A stretch of 64,000 bases of DNA from an uncultured Saprospiraceae bacterium. Lineage in GTDB: Bacteria > Bacteroidota > Bacteroidia > Chitinophagales > Saprospiraceae. The translations under genes and the position numbers were made by a program. The DNA is taken from contig CAZAEZ010000009.1 in assembly GCA_964484205.1 (NCBI GenBank), forward strand, positions 24,035 through 88,034, read 5' to 3'. Under the pieces are notes generated by a model, which was not told the origin of the DNA, made no database searches, and was given only the letters and a program-made list of their open reading frames with translations. Below, in pieces: positions 62,338 to 64,000 of this stretch (position 1 is the stretch's first letter; each line of letters begins with the position of its first letter).

Positions 62338-62672
62338 GATTCCTCCCCCGCAGGGCGGGGTCGGAATGCCAAGGTCTTGGGAAAGAACGTGGGGGCGGTA
62401 GATTTCGGAAGTGGCTGTATTGCGGCGCCCCCAAGCGTAACCCTTGGCATACTACTGGACATTTTGTTTTTCGGACGCGCTCAGACCTTCCAGGTTTGCG
62501 AAACCTGGAAGGTCTAACGGAAATGTCCAGTAGTATGAACCCTTGGTTTTTTTACGATCATTTTGGCTTCTATGGGAGGGGTAACGAAGTGTTTCTTTTG
62601 CAATATCTGTCACCCCTCCCTTTTGTGTTCGCAGCACATGTCATTCCGACCCCGCCCTGCGGGGGAGGAATC
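62338..62672. repeat. family B-related composite element bounded by 31-bp perfect inverted repeats, carrying a nested family C MITE
   Basis: gattcctcccccgcagggcggggtcggaatg (62338-62368) is the exact reverse complement of 62642-62672. The arms share the cgaccccgccctgcggggga core with family B copy 1. Confidence 0.8.
62448..62537. mobile_element. family C MITE, copy 2 (90 bp, 9-bp TSD), nested in the composite repeat
   Basis: Same 17-bp TIRs and internal hairpin as copy 1. It is flanked by identical aacccttgg at 62439-62447 and 62538-62546. A solo TIR-like cacactactggacattt lies at 62174-62190. Confidence 0.85.
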
Positions 62673-62876
62673 TGAATTTATTCTAATCGGGAAGTTGTTT
62701 TTCAGGCGTTTCTAAGTTGACAATATCAGGCGTAATGCCACACCGACAATAGTGCAACCACACGGCTGTTTTTAAAATTCCCCTTATGCATGGCAAATCC
62801 GGTTTACACAAAAAAAGCGCCACCCCAATAAAGGAATGGCGCTCAAAAAAAGTCGTTCAAAATAAAGCGGTGGAGC

Positions 62877-64000
62877 TTAGTCCACAACAATCATCTTCTT
62901 CGTTGCACTGTGCGCAGGCGTTTCCAATTGATAGAAAAGCACGCCGGAAGTCAGGTCGCTGCGATTGATTGTTACGGTGTTCAGCCCCTTGCCGTACGAG
63001 CCGTTCAGCACTTTCACCAGGCGGCCTTCGGCATTGCTGATGGTCAGTGTGGCCGTTGTGGCTTCCGGCAGGTTGAAGGAAATCATCGTTTGTTCACGCA
63101 CCGGGTTCGGCGTGTTTTGCAGGAGTTCGAAACCGGCGCCGGCTACTACGGTGCCGTTCGCGCCGTTGAAACGGAAGGCAATGTCGTACGGTTCGCCATC
63201 GGCTTTGTACGCTTCGGCCCGGGTGATGCGGCTGCTCATGCCAAGCAATTGGCTGAGTATTCCGGATTTCGTGGCGCGGAAACGCGCAGCAAAACCGGCT
63301 GCGCCATCCACCGATACGGTAACGGCCGCATCCTTGGCAAACACACCAAAGTTGTTGGCCGACTGGTTGTCGCCCGGCAACAGTTCGAGCAGTTCAAGCC
63401 CGCCGGTGTTCAGGGTAAACTGGTATCCGGCGAAATCTGCACCGGTAGCAAAATCAACCGTGAACAGCTCACCGGCTTTCACGCTGCGGTCGGCAATGTC
63501 GATAAACAAGGTGCCGGCGGAGCGGTCGTCGCTGGAGGTCAGGTTGGCCTGTGCGTTGCCGTTCACGTCGCCGATTTTTACGGCTACGAAATCGCTGGCA
63601 AACTGGTTCGCCTGTACATCAACCACCGATTTTGTTTCCGGGAATACTTCCTGGAACGGGTTGTCCGGGTTGGGGAACGTATAGGCTTTATCCACAAAAC
63701 GCCAGCTGCTGTTACTTGGCAATTCCGAATACAGGCCAAGGATCAGTTTCCGCAATTCGACAATGTCAAACGTTGTGATCGAGCGGCTGCTGTTGGCATC
63801 GGCGGCGATCATTTTGTACGAATTGCCGAGCGGCTCCAGGCCCAGGATGTGCTTGTTGATCAACACCAGGTCGAAGGTAGAAACGCCGTTCAGGTGGTCG
63901 TTGTCTTTTGTCGGTGTCAGGGTGTAGTTGGACGCCATCGGAATGGCATTGGTGAACGCAAAGAGACCGGTAGCATCCGACATGTTAAACATGGAAAAGG
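62877..64000 (-). CDS. T9SS-secreted dockerin-like/cohesin-like protein, paralog of 33886-36063 (N-terminus outside window)
   Basis: 'LNGVSTFDLVLINKHILGLEPL...ADANSSRSITTFDIVELRKLILG' and 'SNSSWRFVDKAYTFPNPDNPFQEVFPE' align with the 33886-36063 protein from about its residue 355. The Por tail is 'NTPNPVREQTMISFNL...GVLFYQLETPAHSATKKMIVVD'. The frame is still open at the window edge. Confidence 0.75.
   Translation of the reverse strand, partial: FSMFNMSDATGLFAFTNAIPMASNYTLTPTKDNDHLNGVSTFDLVLINKHILGLEPLGNSYKMIAADANSSRSITTFDIVELRKLILGLYSELPSNSSWRFVDKAYTFPNPDNPFQEVFPETKSVVDVQANQFASDFVAVKIGDVNGNAQANLTSSDDRSAGTLFIDIADRSVKAGELFTVDFATGADFAGYQFTLNTGGLELLELLPGDNQSANNFGVFAKDAAVTVSVDGAAGFAARFRATKSGILSQLLGMSSRITRAEAYKADGEPYDIAFRFNGANGTVVAGAGFELLQNTPNPVREQTMISFNLPEATTATLTISNAEGRLVKVLNGSYGKGLNTVTINRSDLTSGVLFYQLETPAHSATKKMIVVD

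Noticed and set aside
62169-62675. 168-aa ORF in the last large intergenic region, and the small ORFs at 25317-25508 and 58555-58788.
   Set aside because: They are read straight across families B and C repeat elements. Their sequences are dictated by the palindromes, and no coding-like features are visible.
1-64000. tRNA, rRNA, tmRNA and RNase P genes.
   Set aside because: Scanning the intergenic regions by eye showed no cloverleaf-compatible ~75-nt segments and no conserved rRNA, RNase P or tmRNA strings. A tRNAscan/Infernal run would be needed for certainty.

Overview
This is a gene-dense, GC-rich (about 55-60% by eye) bacterial chromosomal segment, and it looks like Bacteroidota. The evidence is several ORFs ending in T9SS (Por) C-terminal sorting domains, G-poor leaders without Shine-Dalgarno sequences, and occasional TAnnTTTG motifs.

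**Housekeeping genes:** dnaK, metK, cmk, clpS-aat, a UvrD-like helicase, a peroxiredoxin and an OmpH/Skp chaperone are clear. I found no rRNA, tRNA or CRISPR array.

**Main candidate system (11.5-20.8 kb):** this co-directional island is the most interesting region.
- Three paralogous secreted LRR proteins share a conserved N-terminal module.
- They bracket a divergent SIR2-like gene with an EAD-like helical tail.
- That gene is translationally coupled to an nSTAND-type P-loop NTPase. The NTPase has no repeat sensor and ends in a coiled-coil, one transmembrane helix and a short tail.
- An orphan signal-peptide remnant of the LRR family overlaps the NTPase stop codon.
- An AbiEii-type toxin pair follows.
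- I read this as a candidate split, membrane-spanning, NLR-like conflict system. That reading is an inference, not a demonstrated function.

**Other notable features:**
- A ferredoxin / class III cyclase / globin triple fusion.
- A hybrid histidine kinase with a cNMP-binding domain.
- Two copies of a divergent module pairing T9SS cargo genes with a helical-repeat protein.
- A decayed T9SS cargo gene.

**Repeats:** the intergenic space is heavily colonised by long palindromic elements.
- At least three multi-copy families are present. One is a genuine MITE with 17-bp terminal inverted repeats (TIRs) and 9-bp target-site duplications (TSDs).
- One 191-bp palindromic element sits in frame inside the helicase gene.

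**Limits:** all domain calls come from by-eye motif recognition. No searches were run.
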